In this document: in pieces, positions 28,943 through 37,266 of the stretch
Layout of the letters: each line of letters opens with the position of its first letter
How positions within the stretch are numbered: the stretch's first letter is position 1
From: an uncultured Pelagibacteraceae bacterium
GTDB lineage: Bacteria > Pseudomonadota > Alphaproteobacteria > Pelagibacterales > Pelagibacteraceae
Reading direction: 5' to 3'
Assembly: GCA_902526405.1 (NCBI GenBank)
Contig: CABZKL010000002.1
Span: 9,472-73,471 of the forward strand
Length of the DNA: 64,000 bases
Made by a program: the position numbers and the translations under genes
The notes under the pieces: model-generated
The model's input: the letters and a program-made list of their open reading frames with translations, nothing else
Database searches by the model: none
Told to the model about the DNA's origin: nothing

Positions 28943-29557
28943 TTAATATTGTTGAGTTACAACAATAATCGCAGCAATTATAACTAATACACTCGCTGAA
29001 ATTGTATTTATTGTTTTTGGTTTTGTATTAATCCAACTAACCAGCTTTTGAGCAAGTAAAGCATAACCAATCAAGGATAAGAAATCTAAAATTACGTAAG
29101 TGATTATCAAAATTAGAAACTGAATTAAATAATTTCCATTGAAATCAATAAACTGTGGAAAGATTAATGGAAAAAACATCCAGGCTTTTGGACTAGTTCC
29201 AGCTACTAAAAAGCCATCTTTAAAAAAGGAAAAGAAACTTTTTGATAAATTTTTACTTGAATCAATTTCTTTAGGTCTAGAATGATAAATATCAAACGCT
29301 AGATATAAAATATAAGCAACACCAATCCATTTAAATATATTTAAAAATTGAGAGTTTTCAGAAAAAAATGATCCAATAACAAAAATTACTAAACTTGCTT
29401 GTATAATATTTGCAGTAATGTCTCCAAGTGCAGTCCAAACACATTTTTTAACCCCATAATTCATTGAGTAAGATACGATTACAATTCTGGGTGGCCCTGG
29501 TGTAATGAATAAAAAAAGGATTATTTGTAAAAATAAAAAATAATTAAGGGGGAGCAT
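28943..29557 (-). CDS. rhtB: LysE/RhtB-family amino acid exporter
   Basis: FITPGP, KWIGVAYILYLA, FKDGFLVAGTSPKAWMFF..FPQFI. Confidence 0.88.
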   Translation of the reverse strand: MLPLNYFLFLQIILFLFITPGPPRIVIVSYSMNYGVKKCVWTALGDITANIIQASLVIFVIGSFFSENSQFLNIFKWIGVAYILYLAFDIYHSRPKEIDSSKNLSKSFFSFFKDGFLVAGTSPKAWMFFPLIFPQFIDFNGNYLIQFLILIITYVILDFLSLIGYALLAQKLVSWINTKPKTINTISASVLVIIAAIIVVTQQY

Positions 29558-29617
29558 TTAAAGATAGTCCTTAAAAACCGGGAGCTAAAGATGGCTAAGA
29601 AGGACTATCTAAACCAT
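29558..29617 (-). promoter_or_regulatory. Structured 5' leader of rhtB (candidate cis-regulatory RNA)
   Basis: Perfect 11-bp stem AGATAGTCCTT(29562-29572)/AAGGACTATCT(29600-29610) with a 27-nt loop, ending 4 nt before the ATG. Confidence 0.7.
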
Positions 29618-29672
29618 AATATCAGACGTTAAAAAAAATGCATTAAATTTTTATTTGAATTATAAAGGATTT

Positions 29673-29969
29673 ATGAAAAAAAAAGGTCGCATTCCTGTCA
29701 CCCGTGTCAAAAATCCTGAGCCAGACGTGACTGACCCGGATTGGGTTATTTGGGCAGCATGGGCAGATAGGATTACATTTGAAGAAATAGAAAAAAAAAC
29801 TGGAAAGACAGAATCTGAAGTAATTAAGATTATGAGAAGATCTATTAAACCAGCTTCTTTTAGATTATGGAGAAAAAGAGTTAATCAAAAAAGTATAAAA
29901 CACAGAAAAAAGTTTGAATATTCTAGAAAAGAAATAACTAGTAAAATAAAAAAAGGTGACTATCTATAA
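29673..29969 (+). CDS. TIGR03643/DUF2805-family protein
   Basis: AWADRITFEEI, ESEVIKIMR, SFRLWRKRV; start re-called to ATG 29673 after AAGGA. Confidence 0.8.
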   Translation: MKKKGRIPVTRVKNPEPDVTDPDWVIWAAWADRITFEEIEKKTGKTESEVIKIMRRSIKPASFRLWRKRVNQKSIKHRKKFEYSRKEITSKIKKGDYL

Positions 29970-29972
29970 ACA

Positions 29973-30227
29973 ATGAAAAAAATTACAATGTATACAGGTC
30001 CATTTTGTAATTATTGCGAAGCTGCTAAAAGATTGTTTGTAAGAAATAACGTACCTTTTAATGAAATAGATATATCAAAAGTTGAAGGCGCTATGGATGA
30101 AATGATTAAAAAATCTAACGGGAAAAGAACAATTCCTCAAATTTTTTTTGATGATGAGCACATAGGTGGATATGACGAAACAAGAGCTTTAGAAAAAGAT
30201 AATAAGCTTCAGGAACTTTTAAAATAA
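29973..30227 (+). CDS. grxC: Glutaredoxin 3
   Basis: CNYC active site, RTIPQIF, HIGGYDE. Confidence 0.92.
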   Translation: MKKITMYTGPFCNYCEAAKRLFVRNNVPFNEIDISKVEGAMDEMIKKSNGKRTIPQIFFDDEHIGGYDETRALEKDNKLQELLK

Positions 30228-30235
30228 TATTAATT

Positions 30236-31105
30236 TTAATTAGCAGTCATGATCGCTTGAAACGGTCCGCTACCAATAAATAATTTGTTACCACCACCAT
30301 TAACAAGCTGCATTCCCTCTCCTACATTAAATGTCATACTTAAAGAGGTAGTATTGGGTGTAACAACAACTGGATTTGCAAATGTTACTAAACCCTCCAG
30401 TTTATCAACTTCACTTGAAGTTGTAGCTTGATGTCCATTAGTGTCAACTAAATATCCACTAATTGCTGCTGAAGTTCCATTAATATTTGGAACTGTAGCC
30501 TTTGCTTTAAGAGTCTCTTCTCCTGATCCACTAAAATGTTCTAAAGTTTCCACAAATTTTCCTGGAGTTATAGCGCTTGAACCACAAACTGAACTATTGT
30601 TATGGGTGGTAGCTAATGAGTGTGTTCCTGAACCAGCAACTGTTCCACAAAAAACTCCTGTACCACCGGTCATTCCAATCATTGATGCACTAAGTTCACC
30701 TGCCCAAGTTAGACCAAAAGTATTATCCATAAAAGCATATCCATGAGTATAGGTCCCATCTGGTGGTCTTGTATAAGTTCCTGTCAAACTAATTTCTGCT
30801 CCTTGAGTTACAGACGCAGTTGCTCCACTTGAATTATCAAAAACTTGTGAACATGGAGTTAAAACAACTGCCGATGACGTAGTAGCTTCTGTTGGAGAAC
30901 TTGTACACAGATATAACTTGTAAATTACTACTTCATAAAGAGCTGGAGCTGTATCACATCCATCATCAATAAAATCATCACCATCACCACTTTCCTTTGC
31001 CACAACTCCATCAGTAATTGTACAAGCCTCTGCTTTGTTAGAATTTACTATCTCAAAAACACAGATTATAGATAAAATTAGGAATAAATATTTAGCATAT
31101 TTCAT
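30236..31105 (-). CDS. Secreted Cys-containing Thr/Ser/Gly-rich hypothetical protein (barrel partner 1)
   Basis: Sec signal ending AEA, 6 Cys in the mature part, motifs YEVVIYKLYLCT and PPDGTYTH shared with 33250-34125; SD GGAGG inside the upstream gene. Confidence 0.8.
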   Translation of the reverse strand: MKYAKYLFLILSIICVFEIVNSNKAEACTITDGVVAKESGDGDDFIDDGCDTAPALYEVVIYKLYLCTSSPTEATTSSAVVLTPCSQVFDNSSGATASVTQGAEISLTGTYTRPPDGTYTHGYAFMDNTFGLTWAGELSASMIGMTGGTGVFCGTVAGSGTHSLATTHNNSSVCGSSAITPGKFVETLEHFSGSGEETLKAKATVPNINGTSAAISGYLVDTNGHQATTSSEVDKLEGLVTFANPVVVTPNTTSLSMTFNVGEGMQLVNGGGNKLFIGSGPFQAIMTAN

Positions 31106-31954
31106 TTAAAATCCTCCTGCTTTAACAGAGAAAGCCTTTGACTTAACAATTATATTTTCTCTTCTTACTTTATCATATTTTTTATCATCCATTGACACTC
31201 TTTCAAAAGCTTCCTCGCTTATAAAATTTGTATTTTTATTTATCCTACTAAAATTAAATGTTAAATTTACAAACCACTGATCTTCATAGCTTTTGTTGCC
31301 ATAATCTTTGAATCCGACTTCCACATTTAATCCAGAATTGGGAATATCAACACTTGATGTATATTCTGTACCCTCAAAATCAGAACCTCCTGGAATTTCA
31401 TATTCAAAAATTTTAGCAAAAATCTTTGCACTTGGGACATAAGGAACATGAGCCCCCAATTCGAAATCATAACCATCAGCCACTTCTTCTTTAATATTAT
31501 TTTTACCTGTTGTTTCATTGGATATTGCAAAATAATGGTTTGTATTTAATTCAAGAATTGAGGACTTGATCTCACCACCTACACTTGCTCTTTGATGATC
31601 ATAATCTAATTCATGATCATAAAATAAATTCAAACCATATAAAAAGCTTTTATCCGAATTAAAAAACCTTTTTCCATAACCTAAATTCAAAGTTTCTCTA
31701 TCTCCATCATGTGTAAAAAATGAACCTTGAAAAAAAGTGAGTCCATCATCATTGTCAATTAGGGGTTTAAAAGTTAGAATGCCTATTTCTGGCTTATTCC
31801 CTTCTTTTGACTTTATTGAAAAATCAGTATCTTCAAAATTATCATTTAATAATGTTTCAATTGAATTAAAAAATTTATCTTTGAATTTTGTGGTATCAGC
31901 ATTTGATGTTGTAAATATAAATACTGATAATAAAATGACTAATAACTTACTCAT
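31106..31954 (-). CDS. Inverse autotransporter (intimin/invasin-type) beta-barrel with no passenger (copy 1)
   Basis: Signal peptide; RETLNLGYGKR, GLNLFYD, HQRASVGGE, NHY, EEVADGYD, VPYVP; linker motif VRRENIIV followed by only 12 aa. Confidence 0.85.
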   Translation of the reverse strand: MSKLLVILLSVFIFTTSNADTTKFKDKFFNSIETLLNDNFEDTDFSIKSKEGNKPEIGILTFKPLIDNDDGLTFFQGSFFTHDGDRETLNLGYGKRFFNSDKSFLYGLNLFYDHELDYDHQRASVGGEIKSSILELNTNHYFAISNETTGKNNIKEEVADGYDFELGAHVPYVPSAKIFAKIFEYEIPGGSDFEGTEYTSSVDIPNSGLNVEVGFKDYGNKSYEDQWFVNLTFNFSRINKNTNFISEEAFERVSMDDKKYDKVRRENIIVKSKAFSVKAGGF

Positions 31955-31960
31955 TTATCA

Positions 31961-31989
31961 ATTATATTTTAAACTAATAATGTTAGCAA
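31961..31989 (-). promoter_or_regulatory. Putative sigma70 promoter of barrel module 1, probably giving a leaderless transcript
   Basis: TTGCTA-17 nt-TATAAT-6 nt-ATG on the minus strand. Confidence 0.6.
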
Positions 31990-32007
31990 GAATATTATAA
32001 GTAAATA

Positions 32008-33243
32008 TTAATACTTTATTAAAGCCAATTGCTTCTTTGCAAGATTACTTAATTGATCTAACTTTACTCTTCCTTTGTAATTAATTTCATAATCTTCAGC
32101 TGCAAAATCTGGTGGACTTTTGCCCTCTAAAAATTTTTTTGACTGTTTTAAAGTGTAGTCCAAATTTTTTTTACAATAAGGTGTTGCGCCAACATAAACT
32201 ACATTAGAATAATTTTTTCCTAAATGTTTATCTTCTACTGCATGTATTACATCAGGATGCCACCAAACCGTATCACCTGGTTTCATTTTTGGAATTGAAA
32301 CTAATCCCTTTAAAAGTAAAGCATGATATTCATTATTAACAGATAAAGCTCTACCTAGTTTTGATCCACATAATTCACTTTCAGGAACATCTTCTAGTAG
32401 TGCTCTTGTTAAAACATATGCCATTCCTTTAGCAATAGGAATTAATTGTAATGTACCATCATTTGGACCTTGATTTGTTAAGGCCGTCCAACCCTGAAAG
32501 GTTCTAAAAACATGAGCTACTGCTGGAGATTCGAATTCAATAATTCTATCTCTATATTTTGCATCAAAAGGGTTAAAATTTTCAAAATTATCTGCGAAAA
32601 TATCTTTGTATATTTTTTGATAATTTATATCTGTCCATCTCTCTATAGATCCAGCATCACAATGAGGAGATAAGCCTAAAGTATCGTCTCCAGGCTCTCT
32701 TCTTCTAACTCGATCAGCATAAACTAATTCTCTATTTGGATCAAAAACTTGATATTCACTATTTTCATAATTCCATAAGTTATTTAACCATTTTTTAACA
32801 ATTACCATTTCTTTAGAGTGTCTTATCTCAGCTTGAGTTTTAGACCAATAAAGACCATAAATTTGAGGTTTATCAGATTTTAAATCACTAAAATATTTAT
32901 CTAATCCTGACTTTTTTTTTTGATCTTCATAAAAATTATTAATTTCAATATAGTGATTTAATTCTTCATTTAATTTATTAATACATGAATCTTCAAAAAC
33001 ATCTCTTATTATTACACATCCTCTATTCAGAATATCGTTGATAGAACTTATATCTTTATCAAGAATATCCTTAAATTTAATTTCTGGAATAATTGGCTTT
33101 GAGTCCTCTTTTAACTTTTCTATCTTTTTTAATTCTTTTTTAATAAAATTTTCAATATTTTTAAAATTGTCATGAAAATTTGACGAGTAATTTCTAAGTT
33201 TTGCTTTAACGATTTTAATTTGATCGTCTGTGTAATTACGCAT
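32008..33243 (-). CDS. DUF1479/YbiU-family putative Fe(II)/2-oxoglutarate oxygenase
   Basis: RGCVIIRDVF, PQIYGLYWS, YADRVRRREPGD, PHCDAGSIERW, FRTFQGW, PGDTVWWHPDVIHAVE. Confidence 0.85.
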   Translation of the reverse strand: MRNYTDDQIKIVKAKLRNYSSNFHDNFKNIENFIKKELKKIEKLKEDSKPIIPEIKFKDILDKDISSINDILNRGCVIIRDVFEDSCINKLNEELNHYIEINNFYEDQKKKSGLDKYFSDLKSDKPQIYGLYWSKTQAEIRHSKEMVIVKKWLNNLWNYENSEYQVFDPNRELVYADRVRRREPGDDTLGLSPHCDAGSIERWTDINYQKIYKDIFADNFENFNPFDAKYRDRIIEFESPAVAHVFRTFQGWTALTNQGPNDGTLQLIPIAKGMAYVLTRALLEDVPESELCGSKLGRALSVNNEYHALLLKGLVSIPKMKPGDTVWWHPDVIHAVEDKHLGKNYSNVVYVGATPYCKKNLDYTLKQSKKFLEGKSPPDFAAEDYEINYKGRVKLDQLSNLAKKQLALIKY

Positions 33244-33249
33244 TTAAGC

Positions 33250-34125
33250 TTAATTAATAGTTATTGTGACTATTGGCTCCTCGGGATAAAATGAACACAT
33301 TCCATCGTTGGCTGAAGGTGTACCATCACCCTCACTGTTACTAACTTCTTGTACTCCTAAAGCGCTTCTTGTTCCAAAAGAAATATCTATAGTAGGTGGG
33401 ATTAAACTTACAGTGTAAGGAGTAGATAATGCATAAACCAGTTGAATATCATCAGTCGTTAATGATGATCTCATAGTTCGCATTGCTATTGCAGAAGTTA
33501 GTTCAGATGCGTCTTTAGCATAATTCCAACTCCAACTTGAATTATTTTGTGAACAATTGGCATTAAAACACTGTGTATAATTTGTAGTACTCTCATCTGA
33601 CTGTCTTCCATTTATCATATACATATTCATCTCAGCATTTGTACCACCTTCAGCTACAGCAACTCTATGTGAATATTTCCTTGCCGCCTCACTAGAACCA
33701 GACCCAAACTGTTCATCAGTTGTAGCAGTAGTAACACAATTATCAGTATCATTTGATCCACCCGTATCAAGAGCACTTTCAGATTTAATTACAAATTTTC
33801 TATCAACAGTAACTCTCATATGTGTGTAAGTTTCACCTAATGGTAATAGAGCTGGATCTCCATAACTTGCTGCGGCAGCACCCGCTGTAACTGATGCTAT
33901 ATCAACTTCTTTATCTCCACTACCAATAACAACTGCGTTATTACATGCATCTGCAGTATGGACATTATCAAAGTCAACAACAGTGTAACCAGTACATAGT
34001 TCTATTTTTCTCATTGTGACCTTATAAACATCTGCATTTCCTTTTGCAGTTGCAGCTAAAGCTATCTCCATACTTAGAGTGATTAATGTTAACATTACAA
34101 CTAATAAATTAATTATATTTTTCAT
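33250..34125 (-). CDS. Secreted Cys-containing hypothetical protein (barrel partner 2)
   Basis: Sec signal ending ALA, 6 Cys, YKVTMRKIELCT and LPLGETYTH motifs; start overlaps the barrel stop (TAATG). Confidence 0.8.
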   Translation of the reverse strand: MKNIINLLVVMLTLITLSMEIALAATAKGNADVYKVTMRKIELCTGYTVVDFDNVHTADACNNAVVIGSGDKEVDIASVTAGAAAASYGDPALLPLGETYTHMRVTVDRKFVIKSESALDTGGSNDTDNCVTTATTDEQFGSGSSEAARKYSHRVAVAEGGTNAEMNMYMINGRQSDESTTNYTQCFNANCSQNNSSWSWNYAKDASELTSAIAMRTMRSSLTTDDIQLVYALSTPYTVSLIPPTIDISFGTRSALGVQEVSNSEGDGTPSANDGMCSFYPEEPIVTITIN

Positions 34126-34973
34126 TAATCGGTCCTTGAAATTGTTGCTGATCCTTTAAATTCAATCATAATTTTGTTATTTCTTTTAACTTTTGTTAGA
34201 AGTTCACCGGTCATGTCTTTTTCTTCTTTCCATGCTGTTTTTGCTATTCCATCTTTAGCACTTGGGCCTTCTTTGGGTGGATGAATAAACATTATTCTTG
34301 CATACCATTCATCCTCAATACCTTTTTTCTTTTTGTCGTCATAAGCAATCTCTAAATTAACATTTGAAGTTAACTGAACTTCTGATCCCATTTTTGCACC
34401 TTCAATATCCTGTCTTTCAACACCTTTCCATTTGTAAGTGTTGTAAAATATATCTGCCCAGTGCAAATAAGGGACTTGTGACTCAAACCTTAAATCATAA
34501 CCATCTAAAACTTTTTCATCGTCCCCTTCATCTAAACCTTTGTAATAGTTTCCATAAAACTCTAGTACAGCATTTCTTGCTTCTAACCCAAGACTAGTAC
34601 GCATATTTCCATGACTATCATAATCAAAGAATAAACTTGTTCCAGTTAAGTTTAATTTATCCTTACTCAAATTTCTTTTACCAAAACCTAAATTACCAAC
34701 AATTCTCTCATCATTATTTTGCTCAGTGCTAAACAATGAGAATTGAGTGAAAAAATTACCATTTGATGATTTTTCAAGTTCCCTAACAGCAAGAATACTA
34801 AAATCTGGACTATTATTTTCCCTTAAATCGATACTAACCTCTGTACTACCTTTGCCTGGAACTAAATTAGAGAAATAATCATTTACTTTTGCAGAAATTT
34901 TATCAGATAGATCTGCAGAAACTTTTGATGTAAGTAAATAAAAAAGTATTAGGAAACTAAATATTGGTTTCAT
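34125..34973 (-). CDS. Inverse autotransporter beta-barrel with no passenger (copy 2)
   Basis: Signal peptide; RIVGNLGFGKR, LFFD, RTSLGLE, NYY, EKVLDGYD, VPYL; linker VKRNNKIM followed by only 13 aa. Confidence 0.85.
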   Translation of the reverse strand: MKPIFSFLILFYLLTSKVSADLSDKISAKVNDYFSNLVPGKGSTEVSIDLRENNSPDFSILAVRELEKSSNGNFFTQFSLFSTEQNNDERIVGNLGFGKRNLSKDKLNLTGTSLFFDYDSHGNMRTSLGLEARNAVLEFYGNYYKGLDEGDDEKVLDGYDLRFESQVPYLHWADIFYNTYKWKGVERQDIEGAKMGSEVQLTSNVNLEIAYDDKKKKGIEDEWYARIMFIHPPKEGPSAKDGIAKTAWKEEKDMTGELLTKVKRNNKIMIEFKGSATISRTD

Positions 34974-35039
34974 TCATATAAGTTAATTTTTTTTTGATTT
35001 AATTCAAGTATACTTTTTGAATATAATTTTTTAAAGTAT

Positions 35040-35417
35040 TTAATCAATTTTTGGTTTAAAAATTAAACAAACGCCATTATTACAGTATCTCTTTCCTGTG
35101 GGCTTTGGGCCATCTTCAAAAATATGTCCATGATGACCACCACAGTTTTTACAATGATATTCTGTTCTAGCATAACCTATATGATGGTCTGTTTTTGTTT
35201 CAAATACATCTGGTAAAGATTCATAAAATGAAGGCCAGCCTGATCCACTTTCATATTTTGTTTTAGAGTCAAAAAGTTTAACTCCACAATTTGCACAATG
35301 AAAACTTCCTTCTCTTTTTTCATGGTTAAGCTCACTTGTTCCTGCAAGCTCTGTTCCTTCTTCAAATAAAATTAATTTTTGTTCTGAAGTTAAGTTTTGG
35401 TTAATTTTTTTTACCAT
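35040..35417 (-). CDS. msrB: Peptide-methionine (R)-S-oxide reductase
   Basis: EEGTE, CANC, KYESGSGWPSF, RTEYHCKNCGGHHGHIFEDGP, RYCNN. Confidence 0.95.
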   Translation of the reverse strand: MVKKINQNLTSEQKLILFEEGTELAGTSELNHEKREGSFHCANCGVKLFDSKTKYESGSGWPSFYESLPDVFETKTDHHIGYARTEYHCKNCGGHHGHIFEDGPKPTGKRYCNNGVCLIFKPKID

Positions 35418-35419
35418 AA

Positions 35420-36313
35420 TTAAATATATTTAGCACATGATTGATGTAACATTGAATGTAATTCCACTAATTTACTAAAATCTTTATTATATCCTCCTCC
35501 TAAAACACCACAAATTGGAATTCTTTTAGAAAAAAAATTTTCAATAACTAATTCATCTCTAATTTTTATTCCCTCATCTGATATTTTTAATTTTCCCAAC
35601 CTGTCATTAAAATGAATATCTACGCCTGCAATGTAGAAAACAAAATCAAAATTCTCTTTATTTAACTCTATTAAATGATGTTTCAATATTTTAATATAAC
35701 TGTGATCCTCCAAATTATCTTCTAGGTCAACGTCTAAATCGCTAATTGATTTTTTAGCTGGGTAATTTGTCTTTGAATGCATGCTAAATGTAAATACATT
35801 TCTATTTTCTTTAAATATATCTGAGTTACCATTTCCTTGGTGTACATCTAAATCTACTATAAGAATTTTATTGGCCAGACCTCTATTAATCAAATAATGA
35901 GCTGCAACTGCCACATCATTAAAAACACAATATCCAGCACCGCCATTATAATTTGCATGATGGCTACCCCCAGCAGTATTACATGCTATTCCATAGTTAA
36001 TTGCAAGTTTTGATGCAAGGACAGTTCCACCTGTTGCGATAAGTGATCTTTGCACAACACTATCAACTAAAGGAAATCCTATTTTTTTTATTCCATCTTT
36101 ACTTAATGTTTTATTTTTTATATTAAAAATATATTCTTTAGAATGTGCATAATTCAAAGTCTCGACAGAGCAAGCATAAGGCTTATGAAACTTTTCTACT
36201 ATTTTATTTTTAATTAGATAATTAGCTAATTCACCAAACTTATTAATTGGGAATTTATGATCATCCCCAATTTTTGCAAAGTAATCCTCATGATTAACAA
36301 CTGGAAGTTCCAT
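35420..36313 (-). CDS. Histone deacetylase-family Zn-dependent amidohydrolase
   Basis: HKFP, GGSHHA, GYCVFNDVA, DLDVHQGNG, DRLG, GGGY. Confidence 0.92.
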   Translation of the reverse strand: MELPVVNHEDYFAKIGDDHKFPINKFGELANYLIKNKIVEKFHKPYACSVETLNYAHSKEYIFNIKNKTLSKDGIKKIGFPLVDSVVQRSLIATGGTVLASKLAINYGIACNTAGGSHHANYNGGAGYCVFNDVAVAAHYLINRGLANKILIVDLDVHQGNGNSDIFKENRNVFTFSMHSKTNYPAKKSISDLDVDLEDNLEDHSYIKILKHHLIELNKENFDFVFYIAGVDIHFNDRLGKLKISDEGIKIRDELVIENFFSKRIPICGVLGGGYNKDFSKLVELHSMLHQSCAKYI

Positions 36314-36315
36314 TT

Positions 36316-37266
36316 TTATTCTAGCACTCTTATGGGCTTTCCATTAACACAAGCCTCTAGCCCTTCAATCATTTGATTGTAAAATGTACTATAATTTTCT
36401 GCAGTAACATAACCTATATGTGGAGTTAATAATGCATTTGGCAAAAATCTTAATTTATTACTTTCTGGTAATGGTTCTTTTTCGTATACATCAATACCTG
36501 CACCAGCAATAACATTAGTTGATAATGCGATAATTAAATCATCTTCATTAATAATTTCTCCCCTTGAAGTATTAATAATAAATGATGTTTTTTTCATATT
36601 ATCAAACTCTTTAATTGTAATACAATCTTTATATCTTTCACCACCCTGGACATGAATGGACAAAAAATCCGAATTTTTTATTAAGTCTTCTTTACTACAT
36701 GGAAGCACATCTATTTCTTTACAAGTATCTAGATTTAAATTTTCACTCCATGCCATAACTTGCATGCCAAAAGCTTTTCCAATTTTTGCAACCTGTGATC
36801 CGACTCTACCTAAACCAATTAAACCTAAAATTTTACCTTTTAATTCAACACCCACTGTTGTTTGCCAATACCCTTGATACATGTTGTCAAACTCTTCTTT
36901 AAAATTTCTAGCCAAGCCTAATATTAATGCCCATGTCAATTCAGGGGTTGGATTTTGATTTATATCTGTTCCACAAACAATTACTTTTCTTTTTTTTGCA
37001 GCATCTAAATCAATTGATTTATTTCTTAATCCACTAGTTATTACAAATTTTAAATTATCTAAATTATCAATTAAATTTTTGGTAATTGGTGTTCTTTCCC
37101 TCATTATAAGTAAAGCCTCAAAATCTAACAATTTCTCTAATGCGTCAGCCTCATCCACAAAAGGTTCACTAAAAACTTTAAACTCATATTTTCCAGATAG
37201 TTTTTCTAAGTCTACAAATTGTTGTGAAACGTTTTGATAATCATCTAAAATAGCAACTTTAAGCAT
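36316..37266 (-). CDS. D-isomer-specific 2-hydroxyacid dehydrogenase
   Basis: VAILDDYQ, MRERTP, GLGRVG, INTSRG, DVYEKEP, TPHIGY. Confidence 0.92.
   Translation of the reverse strand: MLKVAILDDYQNVSQQFVDLEKLSGKYEFKVFSEPFVDEADALEKLLDFEALLIMRERTPITKNLIDNLDNLKFVITSGLRNKSIDLDAAKKRKVIVCGTDINQNPTPELTWALILGLARNFKEEFDNMYQGYWQTTVGVELKGKILGLIGLGRVGSQVAKIGKAFGMQVMAWSENLNLDTCKEIDVLPCSKEDLIKNSDFLSIHVQGGERYKDCITIKEFDNMKKTSFIINTSRGEIINEDDLIIALSTNVIAGAGIDVYEKEPLPESNKLRFLPNALLTPHIGYVTAENYSTFYNQMIEGLEACVNGKPIRVLE

Noticed and set aside
31022-31033. AEA-C in partner 1 as a lipoprotein lipobox
   Set aside because: Does not fit [LVI][ASTVI][GAS]C; better read as an AxA signal peptidase I site with a disulfide-forming Cys
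30236-34973. Barrel modules as a mobile element, prophage remnant or frameshifted single adhesin
   Set aside because: No integrase, transposase or flanking repeats seen; each partner has its own signal peptide and SD-like site, and the split occurs at the same point in both diverged copies
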